A stretch of DNA of 64,000 nucleotides, from positions 32,001-96,000 of the IMG/VR virus record IMGVR_UViG_3300023174_000077. The stretch is one strand, 5' to 3'. Source of the stretch: a virus. The stretch's first letter is position 1, and the number at the start of each line of letters is the position of its first letter. Below are positions 39,968-49,256 of the stretch, piece after piece. The position numbers and the translations under genes were made by a program. The notes under the pieces were generated by a model. The model was not told the origin of the DNA. It made no database searches and saw nothing but the letters and a program-made list of their open reading frames with translations.

Positions 39968-40291
39968 TTACAAGCTTCTTCCATCTTTTTTCCATTTTTT
40001 TTGATTTTCCTCCGATAATCTCTTATATTCATCAGTATCTTCTATATTTGTTGCTGTAAAATCTTTATCATATAATATAGAATCAATTTTCCCTTCTCTA
40101 TTTTTAGCAGTTATACTTGCAGCAAAATTATCAAACATTATAGTATTTAGGATATCTTTATCAATTTCTTCTTGAAATATTCTTGCGAGTTCCGTTTCAA
40201 CATCTATACCACAATTTTGTTTTATATCATCTATTTCTTCTCTTGTAATCGAAGCTGTTATTCCTAAAATATTATTCATCGTCATCATCAA
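39968..40291 (-). CDS. mini-protein: major-capsid internal fragment fused to NREGKIDSIL module
   Basis: ITASITREEIDDIKQNCGIDVETELARIFQEEIDKDIL vs gp23 KAxxSxELAQDLxAxHGxDAxAELxxILxxEIxxEI. Confidence 0.6.
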   Translation of the reverse strand: MMMTMNNILGITASITREEIDDIKQNCGIDVETELARIFQEEIDKDILNTIMFDNFAASITAKNREGKIDSILYDKDFTATNIEDTDEYKRLSEENQKKWKKDGRSL

Positions 40292-41060
40292 ATGTTTGTT
40301 CGAAAGATAACATCAAATTAGATATATTATCTTTTACTAAAATAAATGTTTCAAACATATAGAAATCAATTAAATCCATATCATCATTTATGTTTGAAAG
40401 GTATTTTTTATTAAATACTATTTTTTGATTAATTGAAGAATCAATTTCCCCAACCAAAAGTTCCCATTTAGAAGTTTCGCTTGCTGTTATTTTTCCATCT
40501 TCGATATCAATAGATAAAATCTTTTCTTCTGAATCAATTGCCGATAGTTTCTTAATATCATGAAAATCTCTTTTTGTAATTTGAAAATTATAATTAGCAT
40601 TATCTATATCTGTCCTAGCTTCAATTGCATCTGAATTTAAATCTCTAATTAAAGAATCTTCACCACCAATAGAATTTATTTTTAATTTACCATTTGTGAA
40701 TTGAGAAGAACGAATTTGCATTACATCGGCATTATCATTATGTGGTTTATATATGATATCCATTTTAACTTGTGTATCAATGTTAAAAAATTTGAGACTT
40801 TTAATTAATTTTGGAGCATTGACTATGATAAAATCAAATATAGATTCTTCATTAAAATTATCAAAATAATTTATAGTTGGTAATATATAAGATTTTAAAG
40901 CCAAAACTGCTGAATCATTGGCTTTCATGGAATACATTAAAATTTTATCAGATTCTATTTTAAGTTTTACAACAGGATTTATATTTGATAAATCTTGAAT
41001 TTTATTTATAAAATCTGGAAAATAACGCTTATTTAAGTTAATTGACATTTTTTTACTCAT
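40272..41060 (-). CDS. probable DNA polymerase sliding clamp (gp45-like)
   Basis: 262-aa acidic protein with a two-repeat alpha/beta pattern in the replication cluster; inference from size and context. Confidence 0.5.
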   Translation of the reverse strand: MSKKMSINLNKRYFPDFINKIQDLSNINPVVKLKIESDKILMYSMKANDSAVLALKSYILPTINYFDNFNEESIFDFIIVNAPKLIKSLKFFNIDTQVKMDIIYKPHNDNADVMQIRSSQFTNGKLKINSIGGEDSLIRDLNSDAIEARTDIDNANYNFQITKRDFHDIKKLSAIDSEEKILSIDIEDGKITASETSKWELLVGEIDSSINQKIVFNKKYLSNINDDMDLIDFYMFETFILVKDNISNLMLSFEQTFDDDDE

Positions 41061-41089
41061 GCAATTTATATTATTAAGTAATTAAATGT

Positions 41090-41605
41090 TTAATTCTTTG
41101 ATAGAAAATTGTATAACTCAATTGTATTCTTTACTTGATAGCCAATATCACTTAATAATTTAACTAATGATCTTAAATGTTCTATATGTGTTTCGATTAA
41201 TTCGGTTGCTCTTTTAGCTTCTACTAAGTGTCCGTCTATTATAGATGTCATATGACTATTTGAAACTTTACCATTAACATTTAATGCTGATTTACCAAGA
41301 GCATACCAAACAATTTTATCTTGTTCTTGTCTTTTATATTTAACTTTTTCTTTGGAAAGTTTTTGTAAAAAAACTGCAATTTCATTTTGTAATCTTTCTC
41401 TATGAACTAATGCATCAACCTGTAAATCAACTATTTTTTGTGCATTTTCTGAATTATATTGCAATTTAGCAATTTCTAAAATTGGTTGTATATCCCTTGT
41501 CCATTCTTCTCTTTTAACAGTGAAAAATTCCTCCATTCGATTATTAGATTCCTCTTTTTTGGCAATAGCTTCTAATTCTTCTTTTTCGTATAGGGTAAAT
41601 GACAT
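41090..41605 (-). CDS. helical protein, possibly UvsY-like recombination mediator
   Basis: Coiled-coil ending ..DIGYQVKNTIEL, similar to the UvsY C-terminus. Confidence 0.4.
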   Translation of the reverse strand: MSFTLYEKEELEAIAKKEESNNRMEEFFTVKREEWTRDIQPILEIAKLQYNSENAQKIVDLQVDALVHRERLQNEIAVFLQKLSKEKVKYKRQEQDKIVWYALGKSALNVNGKVSNSHMTSIIDGHLVEAKRATELIETHIEHLRSLVKLLSDIGYQVKNTIELYNFLSKN

Positions 41606-41651
41606 AAAATTTTTATTTTTATATATTTAAATTATTTATTGTTGCGGAAAA

Positions 41652-42383
41652 TTAATGTTTATTAATAAAAATTAATTCAAAATTACCTTCTAAATCTTCA
41701 ATTATATAAGAACAAGATTCTACAAAATCTCCTGTGTTGTAGTATTCGCCTTCTATAATTTCTGGACTATGCGTATGACCTATCATTATAGAATCACATT
41801 TTTTATCTTTTACAAGTTCAATAGATGCTTTTTTATATTCAGTTAAAAATTTAATTATATTTTTGACTTTACTTTTTATATAAGCTGAAAAGCTCCAATA
41901 ATTTAGACCAAATAATTTTCTTATCTTATTATATATCAAATTAATTTTCATTGATAATTCATAACCAAAATCACCAATTAAATAAAGTATTTTATGCGTG
42001 GCTACAAATCCGTCAAAACAATCACCATGAACTAATAAAATATTTTCACCTTTAAGAGAAGTGTAAATAAATTCGTCACAAATTAAAATAGTACCAAGAT
42101 TTATATTTCCGTCTTTAATTAAATCTCTAACATAAAAATCATGATTTCCAATCAAATAAACTACATTAACATTATGTCTGGATAATTTAAGAATCTTTTG
42201 AATAACAGTTGAATAATTTTGATTCCAATAAAACTTCCTTTTTAAGGCTGTCATATCAATAAAGTCTCCAATAATAAAAAGATTTTCGAATTCGTATTGT
42301 TTGAGAACCTCTAATAATTTATCTGGTTGAGAGTTTTTATTACCGAGGTGAATATCGCTTATAAATAAACTTTTAATTTTCAT
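41652..42383 (-). CDS. metallophosphoesterase (LpxH/YbbF-like)
   Basis: SDIHLG, GDFID, GNHD, HGD, GHTH, NTGD. Confidence 0.9.
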   Translation of the reverse strand: MKIKSLFISDIHLGNKNSQPDKLLEVLKQYEFENLFIIGDFIDMTALKRKFYWNQNYSTVIQKILKLSRHNVNVVYLIGNHDFYVRDLIKDGNINLGTILICDEFIYTSLKGENILLVHGDCFDGFVATHKILYLIGDFGYELSMKINLIYNKIRKLFGLNYWSFSAYIKSKVKNIIKFLTEYKKASIELVKDKKCDSIMIGHTHSPEIIEGEYYNTGDFVESCSYIIEDLEGNFELIFINKH

Positions 42384-42428
42384 AAATAAATATTTATTAT
42401 ATATAATAAATATTTATTTATGAAAATT
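42375..42428. repeat. perfect 54-bp palindrome spanning two divergent start codons
   Basis: AATTTTCATAAATAAATATTTATTATA|TATAATAAATATTTATTTATGAAAATT equals its own reverse complement. Confidence 0.95.
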
Positions 42429-43376
42429 TTATACGGAATACAAACTACGGGAAATGGACATCTAACGAGATCACTTAAAATTATCAATAAATTAAAATTA
42501 CTCGGTCATGAAGTAGATATTTTAGTATCTGGTAAAAACTATAATACCATTTTTCCATTTGAAGTTAAATATAGATTTCAAGGGTTTACTTTTTATTATA
42601 CTTCTAATTCCAAAATAGATTATTTGAAAACTATTTCAAATCTTAATTTATTAGATTTTATTAAAAATATACAATTATCTTTAAAAAAATATGATAAAGT
42701 TATATCTGATTTTGAACCTATTACTGCTTGGGCTTGTAAATTACAAAATAAACTATGTTATGGCATTTCAAATCAATGTTCATTTACAAGTAAAAAAACA
42801 CCAAGAGCAGGTAAAGATTTTTTAGGTGAAAATATTTTAAAATGGATGGCACCAGTTACTATTCCTATAGGATTGCATTACGAAAAATATGATAATTTTA
42901 TTTTTAAACCGATAATTAGTGATGATGTTATTAAAACAAATACATTAGATGCCGGACATTATACCGTTTATTTACCTTCTTATAGTTTAGTAAATCTAAT
43001 TGAAGAATTATCTAGTCTTAATAATATATTTCATATATTTCATTCTGATATAAAAACAGTTTATCGTTTTAAAAACTGTGTTATTTATCCAATTGATAAA
43101 CCAAGTTTTGTTACAAGTTTTATTAATTCACATGGAATCATTACTAATGCTGGGTTTCAAACTTCTTCGGAAGCACTTTATATGTCAAAAAAATTAATGG
43201 TAATTCCAGTAATAGGGCAGTATGAACAAGAATGTAATGCAAAGGCATTAAAAAATATGGGAATAATGACTGGAAAATTAGAAGATATTGAATTTTTTTT
43301 ACAAACCGATAAAATTGAAATTGATAAATGGGATGATCAACTTGATGAAATTTTAAAAATTATACTTTCCTCATAA
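42420..43376 (+). CDS. GT-B glycosyltransferase (MJ1255/GT28-like)
   Basis: MKILYGIQTTGNGHLTR, ISDFEP, NAGFQTSSEAL, GQYEQECNA. Confidence 0.9.
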   Translation: MKILYGIQTTGNGHLTRSLKIINKLKLLGHEVDILVSGKNYNTIFPFEVKYRFQGFTFYYTSNSKIDYLKTISNLNLLDFIKNIQLSLKKYDKVISDFEPITAWACKLQNKLCYGISNQCSFTSKKTPRAGKDFLGENILKWMAPVTIPIGLHYEKYDNFIFKPIISDDVIKTNTLDAGHYTVYLPSYSLVNLIEELSSLNNIFHIFHSDIKTVYRFKNCVIYPIDKPSFVTSFINSHGIITNAGFQTSSEALYMSKKLMVIPVIGQYEQECNAKALKNMGIMTGKLEDIEFFLQTDKIEIDKWDDQLDEILKIILSS

Positions 43377-44292
43377 ATGTATAAAGTTTGAAAATTTTAT
43401 TTCCTTTTACTATATCTGGATTTTCAGCCACTTCTTTTAATTCTTTACCAGTAATAGTTTGTAATACTTTAAATTGTCCAACATTTTCTACTGATACTTG
43501 ATTTCCTTTTTCTCCTTCAGTTCCAAGTATTGCTATATAATTTTCGCCATAAATAGATTTTAAGAAAGTAATTCTTAAATTAGCAGCATTTTGTTCGTTT
43601 TTAAGATATTGATTTTCATAAGGATTATCTAAATCAAGTTCCGTATTAGTATTAATAACTTTTATTTTAATAGGTTGTGTTTTAACTTCTGGTTGTAATT
43701 GTATATCTTTTCTACTTTGTATTTCCTCATCTTTTAATAAAGTTTCTTGATTTCTTCTAATTTCATTAAAATCTGCTCTAGCAATAATACCACCACGCAT
43801 ACCTTTATCATACATATTATATCCAGCTGGTGCAAGACGGTAAAATGAACCAGTAAATATAATAGATTTAATTTTATCATAACGAAACATTCTCCATATT
43901 TTTTCTATGTTTCTATTATTTGAAACAGACCAACCTTTTAAGTGATAACCTCTTATTAATAATTTACCAACAGAAGAGCGTCCAAAAACCATAGGATAAA
44001 TAACTCTTTCATGTCCTACTGTATGATTATCTTTCGCTCCTTTATATGTTATTAAAAAAATCATACCATATTTAATTGCTTTAATTATTAAATCTTCTGT
44101 AGGTGCAATTGGTTTATTAATCGGTATATTTTGGAAACCTTCTACATTACCGAGTGAAAATCTTGGCGCACTGGCACCACCAGATGGTATATATTCATTA
44201 TCTTCGTTTAAAAGATAATTAGTTTTTGTAATAAATTCAACTGGTTCCGAATTTTCGTGGAGTAATATGTTAGATAGTTTTTCCAATATCAT
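43360..44292 (-). CDS. WYL-like domain protein
   Basis: ITYKG...ERVIYP..FG...LIRGY...WRMFRYDKIKSI. Confidence 0.55.
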   Translation of the reverse strand: MILEKLSNILLHENSEPVEFITKTNYLLNEDNEYIPSGGASAPRFSLGNVEGFQNIPINKPIAPTEDLIIKAIKYGMIFLITYKGAKDNHTVGHERVIYPMVFGRSSVGKLLIRGYHLKGWSVSNNRNIEKIWRMFRYDKIKSIIFTGSFYRLAPAGYNMYDKGMRGGIIARADFNEIRRNQETLLKDEEIQSRKDIQLQPEVKTQPIKIKVINTNTELDLDNPYENQYLKNEQNAANLRITFLKSIYGENYIAILGTEGEKGNQVSVENVGQFKVLQTITGKELKEVAENPDIVKGNKIFKLYTFMRKV

Positions 44293-44331
44293 AGTTTATA
44301 TATTAAAAATTAAGATTTAATATATAGTAAT

Positions 44332-45084
44332 ATGAAAAAGAAAATATCTAATTCACAGGAATTAAACCATTATTACAATTTAATTAATTTAAAACTAAAA
44401 AAATATTCTGATATGAATATACCAGAAGATAAGATTGCTAAATATTTATCACCTGGAACTATTAATTTTAATAATTTCATCAGCGAGGATGATGATTTAA
44501 AAGATGTTGATGGCATTGAAGTTGTATTAAAAGATATTATACAAGATACTTATGCTGCTTTTAAAGACGGTTTATTTAGAAAAATAAAATCTGGTGAAAT
44601 AACAAAATTTGAAAATTATTCTATTAATGAGAATATTTTTAATTTTGATACCAATGATGATGATATTAAACAACACCAAAAAGCCTTAGCTGATATTTAT
44701 AAATCAAGTCTTTCATATATAAATTTATTAAAAAAAGATATACATTTATATTCCGTAAATGATGAAGGGGTTGTAAAACATGTAATGGTTTTTACTTCAA
44801 CAGAACTAGAAAAAGTAAAAAATAATATTTTGAATAAATTAATTGATTCTACAAAAAATAAATCTTATTCATTTAACGATAGTGCAATTGATAAAAAAAT
44901 TATGATAAAAGATATAATCAATTATGATAAGTTAAAAGAGTTATTAGATAAAGAAATAACTGAAGATGATGTTGTTGAAACAATTGCTGCCGCTAATACT
45001 GGATTAAATGTTGAAGTTAAATTCAACAAGAAATTAGAATTAAATGGCGAAACATATTTTTTATTTGAAATAGTATCAGCATAA
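44332..45084 (+). CDS. hypothetical protein
   Basis: 250 aa, late promoter; internal ITKFENYSINE. Confidence 0.6.
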   Translation: MKKKISNSQELNHYYNLINLKLKKYSDMNIPEDKIAKYLSPGTINFNNFISEDDDLKDVDGIEVVLKDIIQDTYAAFKDGLFRKIKSGEITKFENYSINENIFNFDTNDDDIKQHQKALADIYKSSLSYINLLKKDIHLYSVNDEGVVKHVMVFTSTELEKVKNNILNKLIDSTKNKSYSFNDSAIDKKIMIKDIINYDKLKELLDKEITEDDVVETIAAANTGLNVEVKFNKKLELNGETYFLFEIVSA

Positions 45085-45318
45085 TTTTTTCATATAATTA
45101 TTTTCATGATCTAAAATATTGTTTTTAAACTCTATGAGAATTTGACATTTTTCATATTCTTCATTATCTTCAAAATAGGATATCATTTTATCAACTATAT
45201 TTACATTATATGGCTTTTTATTTATATCTAAAAATTTGCCAGATTTAATTCTTTTATAATTGGTTTCCATTTGGAAATTAAATGCTGTATTTACAAGTTT
45301 ATCTAAAAAATTTTTCAT
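45076..45318 (-). CDS. small protein with UVR-like motif
   Basis: YFEDNEEYEKCQIL. Confidence 0.5.
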   Translation of the reverse strand: MKNFLDKLVNTAFNFQMETNYKRIKSGKFLDINKKPYNVNIVDKMISYFEDNEEYEKCQILIEFKNNILDHENNYMKKLC

Positions 45319-45399
45319 TTGTTATAATTTTATTAAAGATACGAAAAATTTCATTTAAAAAAGAATATGTTTTTTTAATATATAAAAATAAAACTATTT

Positions 45400-46419
45400 A
45401 TGTCAACATATAGCACACCAGGAACACTCACATATTCAGTTAGCTATTCTAGTTTAGATGCTATGATGGCTGACTTAAAAGATAATACCAGTGGGTCTAT
45501 ACGTGCTATACAATTAAGAAATTCTGTATTAACATTATGGGATCGCGGTGGGGCTGGAAGTTCAGCATCAATAAGCACAATAAATTATATTAGCAATACC
45601 GCTAGCACAGCAACTATAGGTGGCTTACCAATTGGAACAAATTTTTCTACTGGTTTATCTTTACAACAGATATTCGATGCTATGTTTCATCCATATGTTG
45701 CACCAACAATTACACGATTAAGTTTAGGCACTTCAATAGTTGGAAGTTGGTATAATACTTTATATTTAGAAAATGGTTCTAATTTATATAATAATATTTA
45801 TATTAATTGGAATATAAATCAAGGTAGTGTTAATTTAATAGGAAATCTTGTTTTATCTAATAATAATATACGTCAATATGGCAGTTCTGGTTTTATATAT
45901 AATTTGGCTGGCGAACAATATTATAATTTATTAGCAACTCAAAGTGGTATAATTACTGTTGCTTCTCAATCTAATTCAACACAATATGTTAATTTAAGCG
46001 TTAATGATGGTATAAATACAATTGTTGCTACAACAAGTGTTGTTTTCTTAAATAAATTTTATTGGGGTAATTTTGCAACTAATCCTGCAACTTATTCATT
46101 TACAAATGCAGATATCTCTACTCTAAATGGAGCAAGTGTTAGCTTAACTGGAATAGATGGCTCAATTGGAAATGGAAATATATTAACTAATACAAAAACA
46201 CAGACATTAAATGGTATAAATGGTGCTGGAAAATATTTAGTATTTGCTTTTCCAACTTCATTTGGAACACCTGTGTTTGTAACAAATGGATTAGTAAATA
46301 CCGCTTTTAGTTATACTAATTCAGTTTATACAAATATAAATAGTGTAACACAATCATATAGTATTTGGTATTCTAATACAATACAAACATCACCAATTAC
46401 TTATTTTCAAATAAATTAA
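45400..46419 (+). CDS. virion structural protein (fibre/appendage)
   Basis: Ser/Thr/Asn/Gly-rich beta composition, late promoter. Confidence 0.6.
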   Translation: MSTYSTPGTLTYSVSYSSLDAMMADLKDNTSGSIRAIQLRNSVLTLWDRGGAGSSASISTINYISNTASTATIGGLPIGTNFSTGLSLQQIFDAMFHPYVAPTITRLSLGTSIVGSWYNTLYLENGSNLYNNIYINWNINQGSVNLIGNLVLSNNNIRQYGSSGFIYNLAGEQYYNLLATQSGIITVASQSNSTQYVNLSVNDGINTIVATTSVVFLNKFYWGNFATNPATYSFTNADISTLNGASVSLTGIDGSIGNGNILTNTKTQTLNGINGAGKYLVFAFPTSFGTPVFVTNGLVNTAFSYTNSVYTNINSVTQSYSIWYSNTIQTSPITYFQIN

Positions 46420-46429
46420 ATTAATTAAT

Positions 46430-49207
46430 ATGTCTCAAAATATAGGAACACTTGTAACATCACCATTAAGACCAAACGATTCTTTAGATCCAATTGCTAT
46501 AATTTTTTCAAGTGAAGCAAAAGGCGGACACCACTCTTATGCTACATATGCCGACATGTTAAATGCGCAAGTTTCATATCCGACTCGTTTTGAATTTGGT
46601 ATGTTAGCAACAATTTATGCTGATCCCACCGCATCATATAATAATACATATCAATTACAATATAATTATAATAGCACATCTTCTTCAGATGCTAATAACT
46701 GGATTCAATATAATGGAATTCCGCAAACAAAACCTATGGAATGGCAAGATTCAGTTTTGTCAAGAACTAGTTCTATTCCGTCATCTAATAAAGATGGTGA
46801 TAGATATTTAATAATAGGAACTATTTCAGGTTCTTCTTCTGCTGTTAGAAGTAATAATTGGAATGGACATGTTGATAAAATTGCTACATATGACGCAAGA
46901 GTTAATTTTTGGAATTTTACCTTTCCTATGGAAGGTATGAGTGTTCGTGCTGACAATGAAAAAGATGTTATTTATAAATATAGTGGAATATATGCTTCTG
47001 GTGGCTCTTGGGCTAAAGAATATTTAAATCAAGTTTATTCTTTAACTGCTTCTTCAAGTGATGGCATTAATTTTACAGCTATAGCTAATTTATATAGTTA
47101 TTATAAACCATCAGTTTTTTATACAAGGTTTTTAACTGCAAGTAAAGGACCTAATTTATATTTTAATATAAATAATGTTGGTTCTGCTTCTGTTGTTAAA
47201 ATTGTTGGTTCTGGAATACAAGCAGCAATTGCAGCCGGTGATTTTAATACAGATTTAGAGTATCAATTAATTTGGGATGGAACACAATTTCAAGTTCCGT
47301 ATAACTCATCTGTAACAACTATTGGAAATCCTGAAACTGGAACAACTTATTCTGGTGGTGTGTACAATTGGAATACAACGCCAAGTTTTGTAACTACAAC
47401 GCCAATTGGAACGGCAATTGATAGATTTAATAAAATCTTAGCTGCTTTGGTTCCTTCAGCTTCGCCAGCTTTATCAAATATGGCGCCTTTTTATGGATAT
47501 AATGGTAGACTATCTTTTCCATTTTCTGATCCAAGTGTAAGTAATTTTAATTCAGCAACTCCATCAGTTACTTCTGGATATGGTGCTGTTGGTTTAAATG
47601 GATTATTTGCAACATCTTCAAATCGTTTAGGCGTTTTTGCAGCTACCACAAGTAGCAATCGCAATTTAACTATGTCGGGTATAATTAATTTAAATAGTGG
47701 TGGCTCAAATACAGGCATACCTTATTATAATAATTCGTTTGCTGATGGAAATCAAGGATATTTATATTTGGTAGTAAATGGTTTGACTGTATCAACTGCA
47801 ACTTTATCTAATATAGCAGCAATAGATACTACTAATGGAAGAACTAGGCCTGGATTTATATTAGGAGCTGCTACTGCTTCAAAATTTGCAACAGGTGCGG
47901 CGTTTGAATTATTTTGGGGTAGAACTGGTTCTTATTTTATTCCAAGTGGTTCTTATTTAGGGCCATATACATATACTGCATCAATTGGTTTAACAGCAAA
48001 TTCTTATGGATTTACAAGAGGATATAATTATGTAAAAATAGTGCAAAATACAACAACAAATATAATAAATGTGTCAGGTATAGATTTTATTTTAGATGAT
48101 AATCCAACAACTGTGACTGTTACGGGTCCTTCTTTAAATGTTAACACTTATTATTTGGATACAAACTATTTATCAGGCATAATATATTATAATAAACTTC
48201 AAATTACATTTTACGCAAATATTATTTCACCATATGCGAATGTTTATGCTGATGGTAATGCAATAACTATTTCTGATTATTCGTCAACTAATGCAAGTCC
48301 GTATCCAAATATTCCTGATCAACTATTACCATTACCTTCTTTAACACAAAGTTCAAATTTCAATTCTTTAAGTGTTCAAACCACAACTATAACTATAGGA
48401 CCTGGAGAACAAAGTCTAAGAAGAATTGATGATTCTATTGGTTTGTATGTAAAACAAGTTAATAAACCAGCAGCAAATAATGGTTGTTTTACTTTTTCAA
48501 CTGCTGCTGGCTATTCTATAAATAGAATTGTTTTTGATAACTTTATTACTGTTCCATCAATAGGTAGTACTGAATATTTTAGAGAAGAAAGTTATAGAAT
48601 AAAATCAGGACTTGCTTATGATACTATTGCTTCTATAACTAATAACCCTTATTCATCAACTGCATCTTTGGCTACAACCAATACATCTGATTTACAAATT
48701 TATAATGGTGGATTAAGATATCCAACTATAAACTTTCAAACTATTGGTGTTAGTAGTGATACTAACCGAAATATAATATATCCAGAAACTAATTATTCTG
48801 TCTGCACTGGAACTAGATATTATAATAGATACTTTTATTATTCTACACTACTTGCTGCATATTATCAATTTAATATAAAATTTAGTGGTTCAGCTAGTAT
48901 TATAAGTACAACAAATTCATTCACTAACGGTACTAATCAAATAAAAGTAGAAGTAAAATTACCAGGTGTTACGGGATGGTTAGATACGGCTACTAAATTA
49001 AATACATTAACATATCCAAGTCCTATTGATGGCGCTGGCTGTTTGGATCCAAGTAGTAGTACAATTATTGGTGGTTCTGGTTATAATATACAAACAGGTT
49101 GGCCAGGAGTAAATTTAAATACAAGTAGTGGCTATATTGTGATGAGAATAACAGCTCCGCAAGGTTGGACTGGTTATCTTACACAAAGTGTAGTAACTCC
49201 TTATTAA
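46430..49207 (+). CDS. large tail fibre-like protein with DUF2793-like segment
   Basis: WQDSVL...GDRYLI...WNGHVDKIA...W.FTFP.EG; S/T/G-rich. Confidence 0.65.
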   Translation: MSQNIGTLVTSPLRPNDSLDPIAIIFSSEAKGGHHSYATYADMLNAQVSYPTRFEFGMLATIYADPTASYNNTYQLQYNYNSTSSSDANNWIQYNGIPQTKPMEWQDSVLSRTSSIPSSNKDGDRYLIIGTISGSSSAVRSNNWNGHVDKIATYDARVNFWNFTFPMEGMSVRADNEKDVIYKYSGIYASGGSWAKEYLNQVYSLTASSSDGINFTAIANLYSYYKPSVFYTRFLTASKGPNLYFNINNVGSASVVKIVGSGIQAAIAAGDFNTDLEYQLIWDGTQFQVPYNSSVTTIGNPETGTTYSGGVYNWNTTPSFVTTTPIGTAIDRFNKILAALVPSASPALSNMAPFYGYNGRLSFPFSDPSVSNFNSATPSVTSGYGAVGLNGLFATSSNRLGVFAATTSSNRNLTMSGIINLNSGGSNTGIPYYNNSFADGNQGYLYLVVNGLTVSTATLSNIAAIDTTNGRTRPGFILGAATASKFATGAAFELFWGRTGSYFIPSGSYLGPYTYTASIGLTANSYGFTRGYNYVKIVQNTTTNIINVSGIDFILDDNPTTVTVTGPSLNVNTYYLDTNYLSGIIYYNKLQITFYANIISPYANVYADGNAITISDYSSTNASPYPNIPDQLLPLPSLTQSSNFNSLSVQTTTITIGPGEQSLRRIDDSIGLYVKQVNKPAANNGCFTFSTAAGYSINRIVFDNFITVPSIGSTEYFREESYRIKSGLAYDTIASITNNPYSSTASLATTNTSDLQIYNGGLRYPTINFQTIGVSSDTNRNIIYPETNYSVCTGTRYYNRYFYYSTLLAAYYQFNIKFSGSASIISTTNSFTNGTNQIKVEVKLPGVTGWLDTATKLNTLTYPSPIDGAGCLDPSSSTIIGGSGYNIQTGWPGVNLNTSSGYIVMRITAPQGWTGYLTQSVVTPY

Positions 49208-49256
49208 TAAGTAAGACATTTAAAATTTAATATATAAAATAAATAATAAATTTTAA

